Of a DNA stretch of 64,000 nt, positions 18,399 through 30,600 are shown one piece after another. The stretch lies in the IMG/VR virus record IMGVR_UViG_3300042560_001323, positions 179,167-243,166 of that record, one strand, 5' to 3'. Numbering within the stretch: the stretch's first letter is position 1; each line of letters begins with the position of its first letter. The notes under the pieces were generated by a model. That model did not search any database and was not told the origin of the DNA. It saw only the letters and a program-made list of their open reading frames with translations. A program made the position numbers and the translations under genes.

Positions 18399-20905
18399 AC
18401 TGCTGCTCCCGCAAGTGCGATTACTCTTAGTTCTTTCACTCTTGGTGGATATGCCTGATTGATGGAAGTTCCAACAAGTTTAATACTATAATAACGGAAA
18501 GACGGTAGATTATCTACAGTGAATAAGTATTCCTTAAATTTAACACTATCACCTTCAAATCCGAGAGAATCTTCCTTAATTAATTTAGAATCGGAAAGAC
18601 CACTATTTTGAGAGGGGTCTATAGGTTTGTTGAAACTGTTTAGGTTAGTATAACCGGGAAATGGATAATAAACAAGCTCATCCCCTATTGTATTTGATAC
18701 TGAATAGAGACACTTTATTTCGTTGAAAATATTAACGTGTGCTGATATGTAAATTTTAATAGAATTTGCAGGAAGTTCAAGTTGAATTGGGACATTAGCA
18801 TAAACAAAGGCTGATGGATCGGTAGTTAATTTTGCAACCTTATCATCAATAATAAAATTGGTAATTAAATTGTCAACTCTATTGGTCGTAAAACTTATTG
18901 CAACTCTTTGTAAATCAATTGTTGGCGAGATATAAGAATTTGCTGTATTTAACTGCATATTAAGTGTAAAAGATTTTTTACCAGGAAGAGTAGTCAAGTT
19001 TTGAGTCTCATTAATTTTTGATGCAATAATTCTCGGTGAGTTTAAGTAATTATTTGAATTTAGATTTATTTCAGTAAATCCCGAATCAATATAAGAAAGT
19101 TCGCTTCCACTAATACTCGTTCCAGAGACTGTTCTTATTTTTGAGGAAATGCTCGTGCCCGGTAAAACCGTAGAGTCCACAATTGGTCGCACAATTTCAA
19201 ATGGAATATTTTGAGTTGCCTTAATATTCTCTCCCCCGGATGATTTAGTTTGTTTAAAGTATAATCTACCAAGTGGTGAACCTACGCCACGGCTAGTTTG
19301 TCCCTGAGGCAATGCTGTAATATTACCACCGTTTGTAAAATCAACCCTAACTTTGTAATAATCTAGGCCAATTGAATTATTCTCAGTTGAATCGCTAAGA
19401 GTAAATGTTTTGTTTATTCGTCTTAGTGATACACCATTTATCTCATACTTCATTACTGGAGTTAATGCAGAATAAGAACTCGCTAAAGTTTGGTCAATTT
19501 GCCTGGTGATTCCCGTTAATGTATTTCCCGAAACTCCATTATATGCAATAATTTCATTCCCTATCTTTACATAACCAGGATTTGTTATTGCAACACCGAT
19601 GTTTTCAAATGTTGAAAAATTAGTTGCATCTTGAATGCTAATGTTTCCAGTTGTGTTATTTGAATATGCAGTGGTTAGTTTGGATGGACTAATATCGCTA
19701 GAAGCATTATTTATAATAACTCTGTTTACATTAGAGTGCATTCCGTGGTTTCTGTGATTAATTTTGATGTGTTCTCCATTTTCATTTACAACTATGCTAC
19801 TTGGATATGCTTTTATGCCAGATGAAAAATAGATATCGCTAGTTATCCCAGAATTATTAACATAAGTTAAAGTTTTGGCAGAGAGGGCTTCTTCAAAATC
19901 TCCTTGAACGTTATCAACGATAAGCTCATTAATACCTGCAATATTTTGAACCGAAAGTTGCATATTTAATCCTAAATTCGAGGCCCCTATTTGAGTTGGA
20001 ACTAGGACATCACCAATAAGATAGCCGTTACCACCAGCCGTAATAGTAGCGCCAGCCGATGCTACTGAGCCATTAGTTATTGTAATGCTTGCCGTTGCAT
20101 TTCTGCCGCTTCCTGTCTTTGAGGTAAGTGCAATATTATTATAAGTGATTGAACCTGAAAATGGAGTATAACCTATACCAGCATTAACGATACCGAGAGT
20201 TCCAGTAGCAGAGCCAGCATAACCCACATAATTCCCGCTTCCCGATGCATTGAGTTGGGTAATATCGTTTCCAAATGTCAAATTTGAGGTTAAAATAGTA
20301 GCACCCAATCCAATTTTAATCTTTCTGGCGTTCATTTCAAGAGGATTGCTAATTAAATTTGCAACTTGATTATTGCCTTCTGTTAAATCTGGATTGTAAA
20401 AATTAATGTCTCCCTGAGAAGCCTTAAAGTTAGCGCGATAGAGAGTGAACTTTAAATCATCACTCTGCACTGGAGTCCAAGTTGAACCATTCTGTGATTT
20501 AAATACTGAACCAGATAATGGTTGTTTTGTTACAAAAACCCCGCTAGTTGAACTAGAGGTTAAATCCATTTCAGTTAATCTTGAAATGTGGACTAAATAT
20601 TGGTCTGAATTAGAAAGGATGCAAACGCAATGAAATGTATCACCCTTCAGAAAAACCGGAGATTCAAATGTAACCCTTGTTGCTAGAGTTCCATTATTTG
20701 ATGTTGAAATAATTTCTGGTCTTAAAACTACTTCAGAATGTCGGTAAACTGAATCTGTTGGCAATCCATATTCCATTGGGCGGAGTTGAACCGTTACCGG
20801 AAGCTCTGGATCTTTACTATAAAAGAATAAATCCAATGATGTTACAAAATAACCGCTAGTGGGTGCAACATAAAAAGACTGGGCAATTGGATCTACTAAC
20901 TTCAT
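18395..20905 (-). CDS. Virion structural protein, C-terminal part of the DUF4815-type giant protein
   Basis: DPIAQSF, SVFKSQNGSTWT..Q.DDLKFTLYRA.F, PPRVKELRVIALA motifs. Confidence 0.75.
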   Translation of the reverse strand: MKLVDPIAQSFYVAPTSGYFVTSLDLFFYSKDPELPVTVQLRPMEYGLPTDSVYRHSEVVLRPEIISTSNNGTLATRVTFESPVFLKGDTFHCVCILSNSDQYLVHISRLTEMDLTSSSTSGVFVTKQPLSGSVFKSQNGSTWTPVQSDDLKFTLYRANFKASQGDINFYNPDLTEGNNQVANLISNPLEMNARKIKIGLGATILTSNLTFGNDITQLNASGSGNYVGYAGSATGTLGIVNAGIGYTPFSGSITYNNIALTSKTGSGRNATASITITNGSVASAGATITAGGNGYLIGDVLVPTQIGASNLGLNMQLSVQNIAGINELIVDNVQGDFEEALSAKTLTYVNNSGITSDIYFSSGIKAYPSSIVVNENGEHIKINHRNHGMHSNVNRVIINNASSDISPSKLTTAYSNNTTGNISIQDATNFSTFENIGVAITNPGYVKIGNEIIAYNGVSGNTLTGITRQIDQTLASSYSALTPVMKYEINGVSLRRINKTFTLSDSTENNSIGLDYYKVRVDFTNGGNITALPQGQTSRGVGSPLGRLYFKQTKSSGGENIKATQNIPFEIVRPIVDSTVLPGTSISSKIRTVSGTSISGSELSYIDSGFTEINLNSNNYLNSPRIIASKINETQNLTTLPGKKSFTLNMQLNTANSYISPTIDLQRVAISFTTNRVDNLITNFIIDDKVAKLTTDPSAFVYANVPIQLELPANSIKIYISAHVNIFNEIKCLYSVSNTIGDELVYYPFPGYTNLNSFNKPIDPSQNSGLSDSKLIKEDSLGFEGDSVKFKEYLFTVDNLPSFRYYSIKLVGTSINQAYPPRVKELRVIALAGAAV

Positions 20906-20931
20906 CTATCTTATTATTCTAACGAACTATT

Positions 20932-21038
20932 TAGTAACAAAAACCAATAAAAATAAAACTCTATTGATTTTCTAGACGCTTCATAGAAGATGCTAAGTGG
21001 TGAAAGTCAATATTTTAAGAGAAATAATAAATCCTCTT
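20932..21038 (-). mobile_element. Internally deleted (MITE-like) derivative of the TnpB element
   Basis: GAGGATTTATT..CTCTTAAA.TATT (upstream leader piece) fused to CACCACTTAGCATCTTCTATGAAGCGTCTAGAAAATCAATAGAG...TTTTATTGGTTTTTGTTACTA (tnpB 3' end + right end). Confidence 0.8.
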
Positions 21039-24000
21039 AACTACTCCAATAGGTAGGATTCCCCTCGTAAAGTTTTTTAGCTATTGCATTTATTCTTTGA
21101 AGTTCAGAAACTGTATTTATTCTTCTAAGGCCAATGGCATCCATTAACACCCCAACTGTGAATGAAGTCCCATTTTTAGAATTTATACTGTTAACCAAAC
21201 TTTGTCCCTCGTCTGACGTAGTGACGCTTCTTCCATTAACTACAATATCACCATCTTGCCAGGGGCGAGAAACTTGAGTTTGCATGGGTTCTGGTGCCGG
21301 TGCAATTACGTCTGGTATAGCTACTTCGGGTGCTGGGGTAGATTGAACCTGTGTAGACACTTCGGGTGCTGGGGTAGATTGAACCGGTGTAGGTTCTGGC
21401 GGCGGGGGAGGAGTTTGTGGAGGCTCAACTCTAACGATATTCTCTTCAATAGAATTAAGTCTACCAGAAGAGTAATACTTTTCCTCTGCGAAGGATGTTG
21501 CAGCGCCTTCAACTAATGAATTTGTAGGACTATTAGTTAATCTAAAGACTCTAATTCCACTTTCAAAAGATGGATTCTGTTGAATATTACGGTTTGGAAT
21601 AAACAATGAACCTATAATATCGCCGGAATTGTCCGCTATCAGCTTAATATCCGAACTTATAGTGGCTTCCGCTCCGGTTGTTTGGCCCTTTATGGTCATA
21701 CCGCTTTCAATATAACCACTAAAACCACCTTGAACCATATTAGCTAAACTATAAGTGTCAACATTAATGATAGTAGATGTTGATGAATAATTTTCTGAAA
21801 TTATTGTATCTGGATAATATGGATTAGTGGAATACGTTACGGATGGAGAATCATATTGACCATATTTATGGTTACTTTTTGCAACTCTAAATTTAATTTC
21901 CGCACCGGTTGTGATGTTTGACCCAATTACTGTCTCGCCAATTTGGAACGTTCCGCTGGTCATTTGAATTTGAATAAGTTTAGGTACGATAAATTTATCC
22001 ATTGCTCTTCCATCAAAATAAGAATACAATCTAGAAAGAGGTTTCATTCTCTTAGCAGTAAATTCAATATTTCTGGAACGAAGATACGGAATAATTTCAC
22101 TTTTAATAAGTGTATTCCCCTTTTCCCAAATACTAGATACAGAATTCCATAAAACGGGATTAAATCCAAGTTGCTGGTCAAAACTAACTGCTGCAAGTTG
22201 AGAAATTGTAGGTGAATAGTTTGCAGCTGAAACTGTTTTAGTGGATACTGTTACTTGATCTGCCCACACATCCGAGGATGGGTAAACTATTATAGTTCCA
22301 CTAAATGTATTATTCCTATAAGAAGCAACATTATCAACTCTAGTTGAATACGGTTGGCTAAATGCAACAACTTCGTCATAATCTAATGTTAAAAGTTGAC
22401 CAGTTTTCTTGACATTAGAGCCAATTAAATCTGCGATATATCTTAGGTCAATACGACTATCTGCAACTGTTCCAATACCTGCAATAGAGTTTGTTGAAAT
22501 AACAAGATCGAGTGCGGTTGTGTAGTGGCTGGGCCGGAGTTCACCTGTATCTAAATCAACACTATTCTTAACTTCGGTAGTTTTAAGTTGGGATATAGTA
22601 TTAGAGAAATTGTCAACAAAGAAACCAGATTTAAAGCGGTTTAGACCGGAGCTATCTGGAATGAAAAGATTAGAGGTATGATTCTCTAGCAGTGTCAATG
22701 AGGTATAATATTCAAGATTTAAAATCCTATCTTCAAGATTTTTAATATCATTCATTCTATATCTTTTATTGGTTGCCAATTGAATGTCGGCATCTTCTGG
22801 AGCACAGAGATAGGCTGGGAGATAAATTGTAGCGATTTCCAAAGAATCTTCAATTTGATTGGGTGGCTGAGGTAACTCTGCTGGTGCCCCAGAAGAAAGT
22901 TGAAGTTGGCCGGTTTTAGATAAAAATATCTTATCAATTCTTGGTAAATAGAACGAGTAGTCTAAAATAATAGATTCATCTGATGCTAGAATGTTCTTAA
23001 TATTGGCAGAATTATTTGAAAAATCTCTACCTAAAAATTCAAAAGGAGACCTGGAGTTAACATTCACAACATTACGCGAAACTCTGGGGCGAGCATCAAT
23101 GATATCTGAGACAGAAATTCCATCAACTTTCGGTAAATCGCAGTAATCAAAGTTTGAATACGAGTTAACAGTTACAATATCTCCATCATCGGAAGTAAGA
23201 TAATCAGCCGATTCAAATACTACACTTAACTCTCTTGTCGGCTCTTTTGCATTTGTTTTTCTGACTAATTTTGAATAATCATAAATTGATGATTTTTGTC
23301 CAGGTTCAAATGTAAAGTTTGAAGTTATATTTGAATCGCCAAAATCCAAAGAAACAACATTTGCCGTAACACCAGTATCTTTAAATGTAAGGGTTTCGTT
23401 TACAGTAAAAGTAGAAGAATTTAGATAAACAAAGTTAATACTCAAATCGTTTACACTTTTAACATAAATTGCAACTGCCTTGGAATTTGAACCAATTATT
23501 GTTTCCCCGACTAACAAATCTCCTGTTTTGTTTGTTGGACCACTAATAGATGATAGAGTTAATCTAGGCAAAGATGGTGGAGTTACAGTAGATGACTCAA
23601 ATACTCCATAAATTTTTGTAACATCGGGCTCGAGAAGACAAATATCTATATCTTGAACTCTAGAACCATATGGGTAGTTTCCGTAAATTAGGCCATCGTT
23701 TAGTGTGGTATTTCCAATACCCGAGGCAATATATTTTGACTTGTCAATTGTAATTGTTTTTACTCTATTTTTATATTTAACTTTTTCCTTTACGTTAATT
23801 TTTCTAAGAGTTACAATAAGTTTTGCTTTAGAATTACTGCCGAGACCACTTATTGTAATAGTTGATGAACCACTTCCGTATGTAAATTTATCGGAAGTTA
23901 GAGTCTCGGTTATTCCATCTTCACGAATAAGGACATATCTTTCTTCATCAAATGGTAAGAAAGTTTCATTGGTATCTGATAAAATTGGGCCAACGGCATT

Positions 24001-26127
24001 TGATGAAATAATAACATCAAACTGCTTTCTTATGATAAGATTAGAACCCAATAGATTAACGTTATTTACATTCTCTTTTGGTAACTCCGTGTAAAGGGTA
24101 TTATCTTGTGATTTTGTTAATTGTGAAGACAGTAAAGTAAAATCTGAAGGATTAATCACAATAGAAGGCAATTTACCTTCACAAATACCGCTAACAGTTG
24201 TTACACCAGCTAATGTTAATGTTTTAGAACCAACGGTTTCAACCCTGGCATAATTGCTTGTTGAAATTCCTGGGGTAGTAAACGCGACCAGATTTCCAAC
24301 TTTAACGCTGCCAATAAATGAATTGTTTGTTCTAGTTACTGTTGATATGCCGGTTGATTGGTCAAATGCCGTGATATTTACTTGGCCAATTTGAGTTGAA
24401 GGGTACTGTTTAACATCTGCAGTAAAAGTATAAGCTGTACCTACTATTCCATATACAGCCTTTACATCATTTAAGGAATATGCTGTTACTGCCGTTGTTA
24501 CCCTTGTATTTTCAATACCGTTGAAAATAAGTTTTTCCCCGGTTGCAAATGTTCCACGAATATCGTATGCCGTAACAATGCCACTATTTCTTGAATCGTA
24601 ACGTATGAACCCAGATGCCCCACTAGATTTGCCGACAATTTGGCACGGAACATTATACTGAATGTCACTGTCTAGACTTTGATTTAATGTTAATTCTGTG
24701 TAGGATTGCACGTCAAAAAGCGAAATATCCCATTCATTTAGATTAGGATTATTCGTGGTATATGACCCAGATTCTAATGCAAAGTCATAAACCCTCGCCA
24801 GACCGATCTCTTTTCCTGGTGCAGATAGTTGAGAATTGCCTACTCTTGAATCTCTAAGACTTAAAGTATAATTTGTGCCAATTCCAATTACAGGCGTTCC
24901 ATAAACTCTGTTTAGGGTAAGAGTTGAACCGGTATAATAAATAATCTCTTGACCTTCAAGAAGTTTGGTGGTTCTAGGTTTTTTAAAATCAATAAATCTG
25001 GGGCTTGCGGTTTTCGCTTCGTAACCTTGAACGTATGCCTTTAGTGGGGAAACTTGATAAATGCCTAAACTATCACTTGGAGTATTGCCATCGTAAGTTA
25101 CTTCTCCTGCACCATAAACGCCATTATTACCAATAAGATTATTTAAAGATTCGCTAATTGATACAACTGGGGAATTGACGTAATAGTTTCCAGATTCATC
25201 AAATGTTCTTTTTGCAAACTCTTGCTCTAAAATATTGTAATTTACTACATCCTGATTTGAGATTAAAACCCCTTTTCTAATTTCTAAAAGTTGAACAAAG
25301 TTGCTAGGTTTCTCTTCTTCTGCAGCATATTTTGTTAGAATTAATTGAATGGAAAATCTATCAGCACCTGGAGCGGTATAGTTTGGGAAACCGCTAGCGT
25401 TATCAACAAGTTCAATCTTATCATCAGAAGTAACAATGGTTTCGGAAACAAAAAACCCCACCTTATAAGATGAAATATTCGAGTATTGGTCTAAGAGTAA
25501 TGTTTGTTTGTAAACGTTTACAAATGTTCCTCTAATAAAGTAAACTCCGTCAGAAATCGTTACAGATGATGCAACGGAATTACAATTGCTGGGAATAGTT
25601 ACAGCAATTGTTTCTCCAGCAGTAAAAACGACAATTTCACCTGTAGAGAGAGTTTCGGTTGAAGATGCCTCTAAGATGAGTTCTTCACCATCAGAAAATA
25701 ATTCTTCTAAACCGGTTGAAGTGTCTGAACTAATATATTTAATGTAAAGAGATGCATTACCTCTTTCTGACTCCTTTTGAGTTTGAAATAGAATTACGGT
25801 TGCCCTAATGTTGCTTCTTTTGCCTCTGATTGTTTTGCCAACTAATAGCGGAATATAAGTAGATACACTGGTTCCATTGTATGAGTTTTGTAGTTCTATT
25901 GCTTGAAGATCGTTATCATAATCAATATTGCCCGGAATTACTACTGACCCTTCTTTAAAAATATGATTACCAAATTGCTCAACTTGATTTTGAAGAATTG
26001 ATTGCAGGTTATTTAGTTCTCTACCTTGAACTGGATTTGATGGTTTAAATAATACGCGATAATAATTATCAACGGTATTAAAATCGTCATTATATGGAGT
26101 GATATTGAGATTTGTTTCCTGCGGCAT
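21037..26127 (-). CDS. Virion structural protein, DUF4815-type, N-terminal part
   Basis: MPQETNLNITPYNDDF..YYRVLFKP..VQGRELN.LQS.LQ.Q, RFKSGFFVDNF; Pro-rich tail with a 36-bp-period duplication at 21323-21385. Confidence 0.85.
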   Translation of the reverse strand: MPQETNLNITPYNDDFNTVDNYYRVLFKPSNPVQGRELNNLQSILQNQVEQFGNHIFKEGSVVIPGNIDYDNDLQAIELQNSYNGTSVSTYIPLLVGKTIRGKRSNIRATVILFQTQKESERGNASLYIKYISSDTSTGLEELFSDGEELILEASSTETLSTGEIVVFTAGETIAVTIPSNCNSVASSVTISDGVYFIRGTFVNVYKQTLLLDQYSNISSYKVGFFVSETIVTSDDKIELVDNASGFPNYTAPGADRFSIQLILTKYAAEEEKPSNFVQLLEIRKGVLISNQDVVNYNILEQEFAKRTFDESGNYYVNSPVVSISESLNNLIGNNGVYGAGEVTYDGNTPSDSLGIYQVSPLKAYVQGYEAKTASPRFIDFKKPRTTKLLEGQEIIYYTGSTLTLNRVYGTPVIGIGTNYTLSLRDSRVGNSQLSAPGKEIGLARVYDFALESGSYTTNNPNLNEWDISLFDVQSYTELTLNQSLDSDIQYNVPCQIVGKSSGASGFIRYDSRNSGIVTAYDIRGTFATGEKLIFNGIENTRVTTAVTAYSLNDVKAVYGIVGTAYTFTADVKQYPSTQIGQVNITAFDQSTGISTVTRTNNSFIGSVKVGNLVAFTTPGISTSNYARVETVGSKTLTLAGVTTVSGICEGKLPSIVINPSDFTLLSSQLTKSQDNTLYTELPKENVNNVNLLGSNLIIRKQFDVIISSNAVGPILSDTNETFLPFDEERYVLIREDGITETLTSDKFTYGSGSSTITISGLGSNSKAKLIVTLRKINVKEKVKYKNRVKTITIDKSKYIASGIGNTTLNDGLIYGNYPYGSRVQDIDICLLEPDVTKIYGVFESSTVTPPSLPRLTLSSISGPTNKTGDLLVGETIIGSNSKAVAIYVKSVNDLSINFVYLNSSTFTVNETLTFKDTGVTANVVSLDFGDSNITSNFTFEPGQKSSIYDYSKLVRKTNAKEPTRELSVVFESADYLTSDDGDIVTVNSYSNFDYCDLPKVDGISVSDIIDARPRVSRNVVNVNSRSPFEFLGRDFSNNSANIKNILASDESIILDYSFYLPRIDKIFLSKTGQLQLSSGAPAELPQPPNQIEDSLEIATIYLPAYLCAPEDADIQLATNKRYRMNDIKNLEDRILNLEYYTSLTLLENHTSNLFIPDSSGLNRFKSGFFVDNFSNTISQLKTTEVKNSVDLDTGELRPSHYTTALDLVISTNSIAGIGTVADSRIDLRYIADLIGSNVKKTGQLLTLDYDEVVAFSQPYSTRVDNVASYRNNTFSGTIIVYPSSDVWADQVTVSTKTVSAANYSPTISQLAAVSFDQQLGFNPVLWNSVSSIWEKGNTLIKSEIIPYLRSRNIEFTAKRMKPLSRLYSYFDGRAMDKFIVPKLIQIQMTSGTFQIGETVIGSNITTGAEIKFRVAKSNHKYGQYDSPSVTYSTNPYYPDTIISENYSSTSTIINVDTYSLANMVQGGFSGYIESGMTIKGQTTGAEATISSDIKLIADNSGDIIGSLFIPNRNIQQNPSFESGIRVFRLTNSPTNSLVEGAATSFAEEKYYSSGRLNSIEENIVRVEPPQTPPPPPEPTPVQSTPAPEVSTQVQSTPAPEVAIPDVIAPAPEPMQTQVSRPWQDGDIVVNGRSVTTSDEGQSLVNSINSKNGTSFTVGVLMDAIGLRRINTVSELQRINAIAKKLYEGNPTYWSS

Positions 26128-26133
26128 TGGAGA

Positions 26134-27681
26134 TTAGAACTGCAAAATTACCTTGATGTCTTCTTTTTGATTAGTAGACCTAGTGAAAGACGGTCTATTA
26201 TCAATATGAATAATGTCCCCGGAATATTTCTTTACTTCTGAATTGGATAGTCCATTTGTAAAATATTGACCTAGATAACTATTATTTATTGGGTTATAAT
26301 CTCCATTAAAAGACGAGTCAATTGGAACAGTGTTGCTACCACAAATTAGATTTAAAGAACCTCCTGTTGAAGGGGAGGAGGTAAAACGATTTAGTTTAAA
26401 CCCATAAGTGGGTGAACCATTTTGAGTTCCATTAGTATTAAACCCAACAAGTGAACGATCTTGCCAATATTTAAGCACATTATTCGTATAATCAAATGAT
26501 GCTACTCTACCAACTGCTGTAATACCTGCTCCTACTGTCTGGGTAAATCTAGAATCTGCTGGAAAAGACGCTGCGGTTAGATTAGTCCCCGTTACCTTAA
26601 TAGCATAAAGAGCACTGGCTTTATCTACATTCAATCTAGATGTTGAGCCATAAGTTTGTGGGTTCTTTACAATACCAACTCTTGCGGTTTGATTGCCGAC
26701 AATGAAATCTGGATTTAAGGTGTCATTTTCAAATCTGGAATATAAAATAGCCTTCGTTGCACCGAGTTCTCTATAAATGTCATAACCGTGCCCACCCTTC
26801 GGTGGAATTATTACATTAAAAATTGGAGTAGTAGAACCTGTTGGGACACCGCCTGCAACCAAATCGACAGTCCCGTATGTATAACCAGAACCACCTTTTG
26901 TTATAATAATAGAATCAACTTGTGCATCATTATTTACAACAATTGTTGCTTCTGCATCGCTCCCATCCCCATTAATCGGGACTTTAGTGTAAGTGGTATT
27001 TGGTGAACCTATTGAAAAGCCCCGATTTACTACAGTAATAATTTTTAATTGGCCGCTATTTGATGCATTATTGCGAATGGAAGTATATTCTGAATTTGTT
27101 TCCCAATCAGAAGGAACTGGAATATAATTTGTTGAGTCAAATTTAATAATATCACTCGGCTTGATGGTATAGAGATATTTCCAAATATAACCATCACCAC
27201 TCTCACCAGCTTTTCTCGGCTCCAAATCCGTAAAAGTTGGCTCATTTAAAGATGGCTGCCCTCTTGGATTTTCTGGGTCAGTGCCATTAAAAAGACAGAT
27301 ATAAACTTTATAATCTTGGTTTACGACAAAATAATTTGAGGAATATAGACTAGTTGCCCCGGAAGGTTTTGATGTATTACTTCTAGTAATATCGTGCCGG
27401 TACATATCATAAGTTGTACCCGAAGTCCAAGCTGTTTTTTTAATAATTTGTTTAGCATTGGCAATGGTTACCTTTTTCAGTGCAATCATTGTATCCCAAT
27501 AATCGTTTTCTTGGTCAAAACTATCCTTAGGTGCCGGCGGCGCGGTATCCCAATCTGTTTGATAATCTGAGGCGTTCGGTAGTCCAATAAAAGTATAATA
27601 GGTATCCGTGCCAGTCGTAACAGTTTCAACAAACTTTTTAGCCTGAAAAATTCTAATTTGGTCGGTAATTATGGCTGACAT
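26134..27681 (-). CDS. gp8: Baseplate wedge subunit gp8
   Basis: MSAIITDQIR, DGYIWKYLYTI, SGDIIHIDNR..TRS.NQKEDIKVILQF. Confidence 0.92.
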   Translation of the reverse strand: MSAIITDQIRIFQAKKFVETVTTGTDTYYTFIGLPNASDYQTDWDTAPPAPKDSFDQENDYWDTMIALKKVTIANAKQIIKKTAWTSGTTYDMYRHDITRSNTSKPSGATSLYSSNYFVVNQDYKVYICLFNGTDPENPRGQPSLNEPTFTDLEPRKAGESGDGYIWKYLYTIKPSDIIKFDSTNYIPVPSDWETNSEYTSIRNNASNSGQLKIITVVNRGFSIGSPNTTYTKVPINGDGSDAEATIVVNNDAQVDSIIITKGGSGYTYGTVDLVAGGVPTGSTTPIFNVIIPPKGGHGYDIYRELGATKAILYSRFENDTLNPDFIVGNQTARVGIVKNPQTYGSTSRLNVDKASALYAIKVTGTNLTAASFPADSRFTQTVGAGITAVGRVASFDYTNNVLKYWQDRSLVGFNTNGTQNGSPTYGFKLNRFTSSPSTGGSLNLICGSNTVPIDSSFNGDYNPINNSYLGQYFTNGLSNSEVKKYSGDIIHIDNRPSFTRSTNQKEDIKVILQF

Positions 27682-27699
27682 ATTAAACTTTTTAGCTAT

Positions 27700-30600
27700 T
27701 TAGGTGTAATTTTTATATTTGAGTGGATTTACTCTTTTTAGTATAGGAGATGTAGATATTCCAGATAACCCATTATTATAAACTGTAAACTCATTTGAGG
27801 ATGCTCTTTGGAGAACTGTGATTTTACCCCAACTATAAGTTCCGTAAATGCCAGTGAAACCGATACCGGTAATGCCGTTGTTGGTGATACTTACAGTAAC
27901 TTTAGAAACTGAAGTTGTACCAACGCCGGTCACAAATGTTTGAGTAATTGAAACATCTGCAACTCTATAAACATTATCTATGAAACTACTTCCAATTGAA
28001 ATAATAGAGCCGGATTCATCTAAAGATGTGATTCCATTTCCAACGAAAGAATTTTTTAGAACAAAATAGTAACCAGTTTGAATGCCACTAATTGTAACAG
28101 CAGCGCCAACAATACTGTTGTTTCTCATTGCAGATTCTTGTGGTATGTAAAGATTGAATACGAGACCAGTAGATGCAACTCCAACAGAAGTTGTTGCCAC
28201 TCCAGTAATGATTCCAAAATCACCTTCAATTGTGCTTGCAGTTATATCTTCAAAAACACTGGAAGGATTGCTGACCATTACTTGTGGTGGTAGTGATGAA
28301 GTATATCCCGTTCCTGGTGTTGTTATGGTTATTGAACTAATTGAACCGGAGGATACAGTTGCTGTTGCATAAGCCCTAGACGCAGTTGTTAGCCCAATTG
28401 GATTTGAGAAAGAAACCACTGGAGGACTTATATACCCCCAACCTCCATCTAAAATTGTAACACTTCTAATTGTACCCGCAATAGAAACGGTAGCAGTAGA
28501 AATAGCCGGACGAGTTTCGTCTTGTGTAATAATTTTAAATTTATTTCTATAATCTACTATAGCGTTCTCGCGTTGATCATCAAAGAATGTCCTAATGTTT
28601 TCAACAAAAATTGTGGTAGAGTTAATGCCAACAGTTTTAATAATATTAGTTGAAGGTTCAATAATTGGCTCATAAATTTCTCTAGTTTTTGGAACTTCTT
28701 TTTGGTCAATAAATAAGTCTTCAGTTTGTCTGCACCATTTTACCGGCCTTGTATATGTTTCGTCTTCTGAAATTCCTGGACCGCTATATGAAATTGTATT
28801 AATAGAATCTGAAGAATTTACGCTGGTAACGACTCTTTCATTTTCTGAATAACCCCGATCACCATTTAATTTAACTGTATCACCCCGTTTTATAGACTCT
28901 AAAACGTCAACATCCACTACATCAACAGAACCAGTACCGCGATAGAAAAGAACTACACAAGAATATCCTTCTTTTGGTGCCTCAGTAAATGTGATGAAAC
29001 TACTACCCGTAAAGTTATATCCATCACCTGGAATTTGAAGTATACCATTCACGAAGATAAGGAGAGTAGATTTGATATCAATAGGTGAACCATAACGAGC
29101 CCTAATGCTTCTAAGTTCGTTATCAATTTTGATTGGGAAAGATTTTCTTAATCCATTGAAAAGGTTTTCAATTGAGTCAATAATTTGAAGTTCACCGAAT
29201 GTCCAACCCGCAAATTTATTATTGTAAATCTCATCAACAGATAATCTAAAATTGCTATACGACGGCGAAGTAATAGTAGGAATACCAACTGTACCACCTA
29301 GACCTATAGTTAAAATGTCTCCTTTTTTATATCCAAATCCTCTATTTGTTAACTCGAGATTGACAACACTCATTCCAAGTCCAACATTAATTTTAACTTT
29401 TCCTCCGGTTCCAATACCAGAAGAGAGTGATTGATATTGAAGGGGCAGGTCTACATATGGAAGTGGGTCATCAAATTTAACAACTGGTGGATTGGTTGAA
29501 GTGTAGCTAAAACCTGGATTAGTTATTGCAACAGAAACAACATTACCATTTAAAATTGAGGCAATGCCGATATATCTCACTGTTGAAATGCCAGTAGTTG
29601 AAACATAAAGTCCAACATTTACAGTCTGAAGACCCGATCTATACCCGGAACCACTATTTCCAATACTAATTGATCTGATAGTTCCAGCAGTAGAAACAAC
29701 TGCAGTTCCCCCCGCCGCTACAAGTGGCTGAAGACCAAATCCCTGCGAATAGCCTACGGAAACAATAACTCCACCAATTGGTAGTCCTGTGCCATTTACA
29801 TCATAAGTCTGCGCTGCAGGGGCTCCTAGGAACCTTATAGATGTGATTCCAGAAGACTCCTCTAATGTGTAACTCCCGTAAGTTCTAAATGAACCGGCAA
29901 AATCTGATGGCGTTTGAAAGACCTCATTAATAAGTATTGCCCCATTGTTTGGAGAAAATTCTGCTATATTTTGATAATTAGATTTTAAAGTAAAAGATGA
30001 TGAGATTCCATTAAAATTATTTGAGATATCGTCAAATATAAAGTTTGTAGAATACGCATCAACCGTGGAATTCTTTGCACCACTCCTCATAAATACTCTA
30101 CCATTAAAATCTAATGTCGTTGTAACCCCAACATAGTCGACATCTTCGCCAGAACCTGTTGTGGTGCCAATTGGAGATGGACCTTTCGGCGGATCAACAA
30201 AATGAATAGTGTTATTGATGATATTATAATCGCCCAGAATTTTATATACGGTTGAATTTGTTGAATGGGTTTCAATTCCGGTGCCAACCCAGCCACGTTG
30301 AACTGAAACATCGTTTGTTGAGGCAATGCCAACAGCCACTACTTTTACAATTTCACTATTAATTTTTGCAAAATCGCCACTGCTGAAATTCTCAATACTC
30401 GAGAATAAAATAACTGTAGAACCTATTCCAACATAAGAAGTAGTTTTAGTGGAAGATGCAGATGAAACAACTGGTGACTGTATAGCCCCTCCCAATGAAA
30501 TAAGTGCTCTAGTATTTTGAGATGTTGCAGTTAAAGTATGTGTTAAACCTGCACCAACATTAGTTAAAATGATAGGAACTGGAATATCTCTAAGGGCAGA

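Noticed and set aside
21300-21425. Pro-rich repeat as a mobile element or collagen-like domain
   Set aside because: A simple 36-bp-period duplication encoding a flexible linker.
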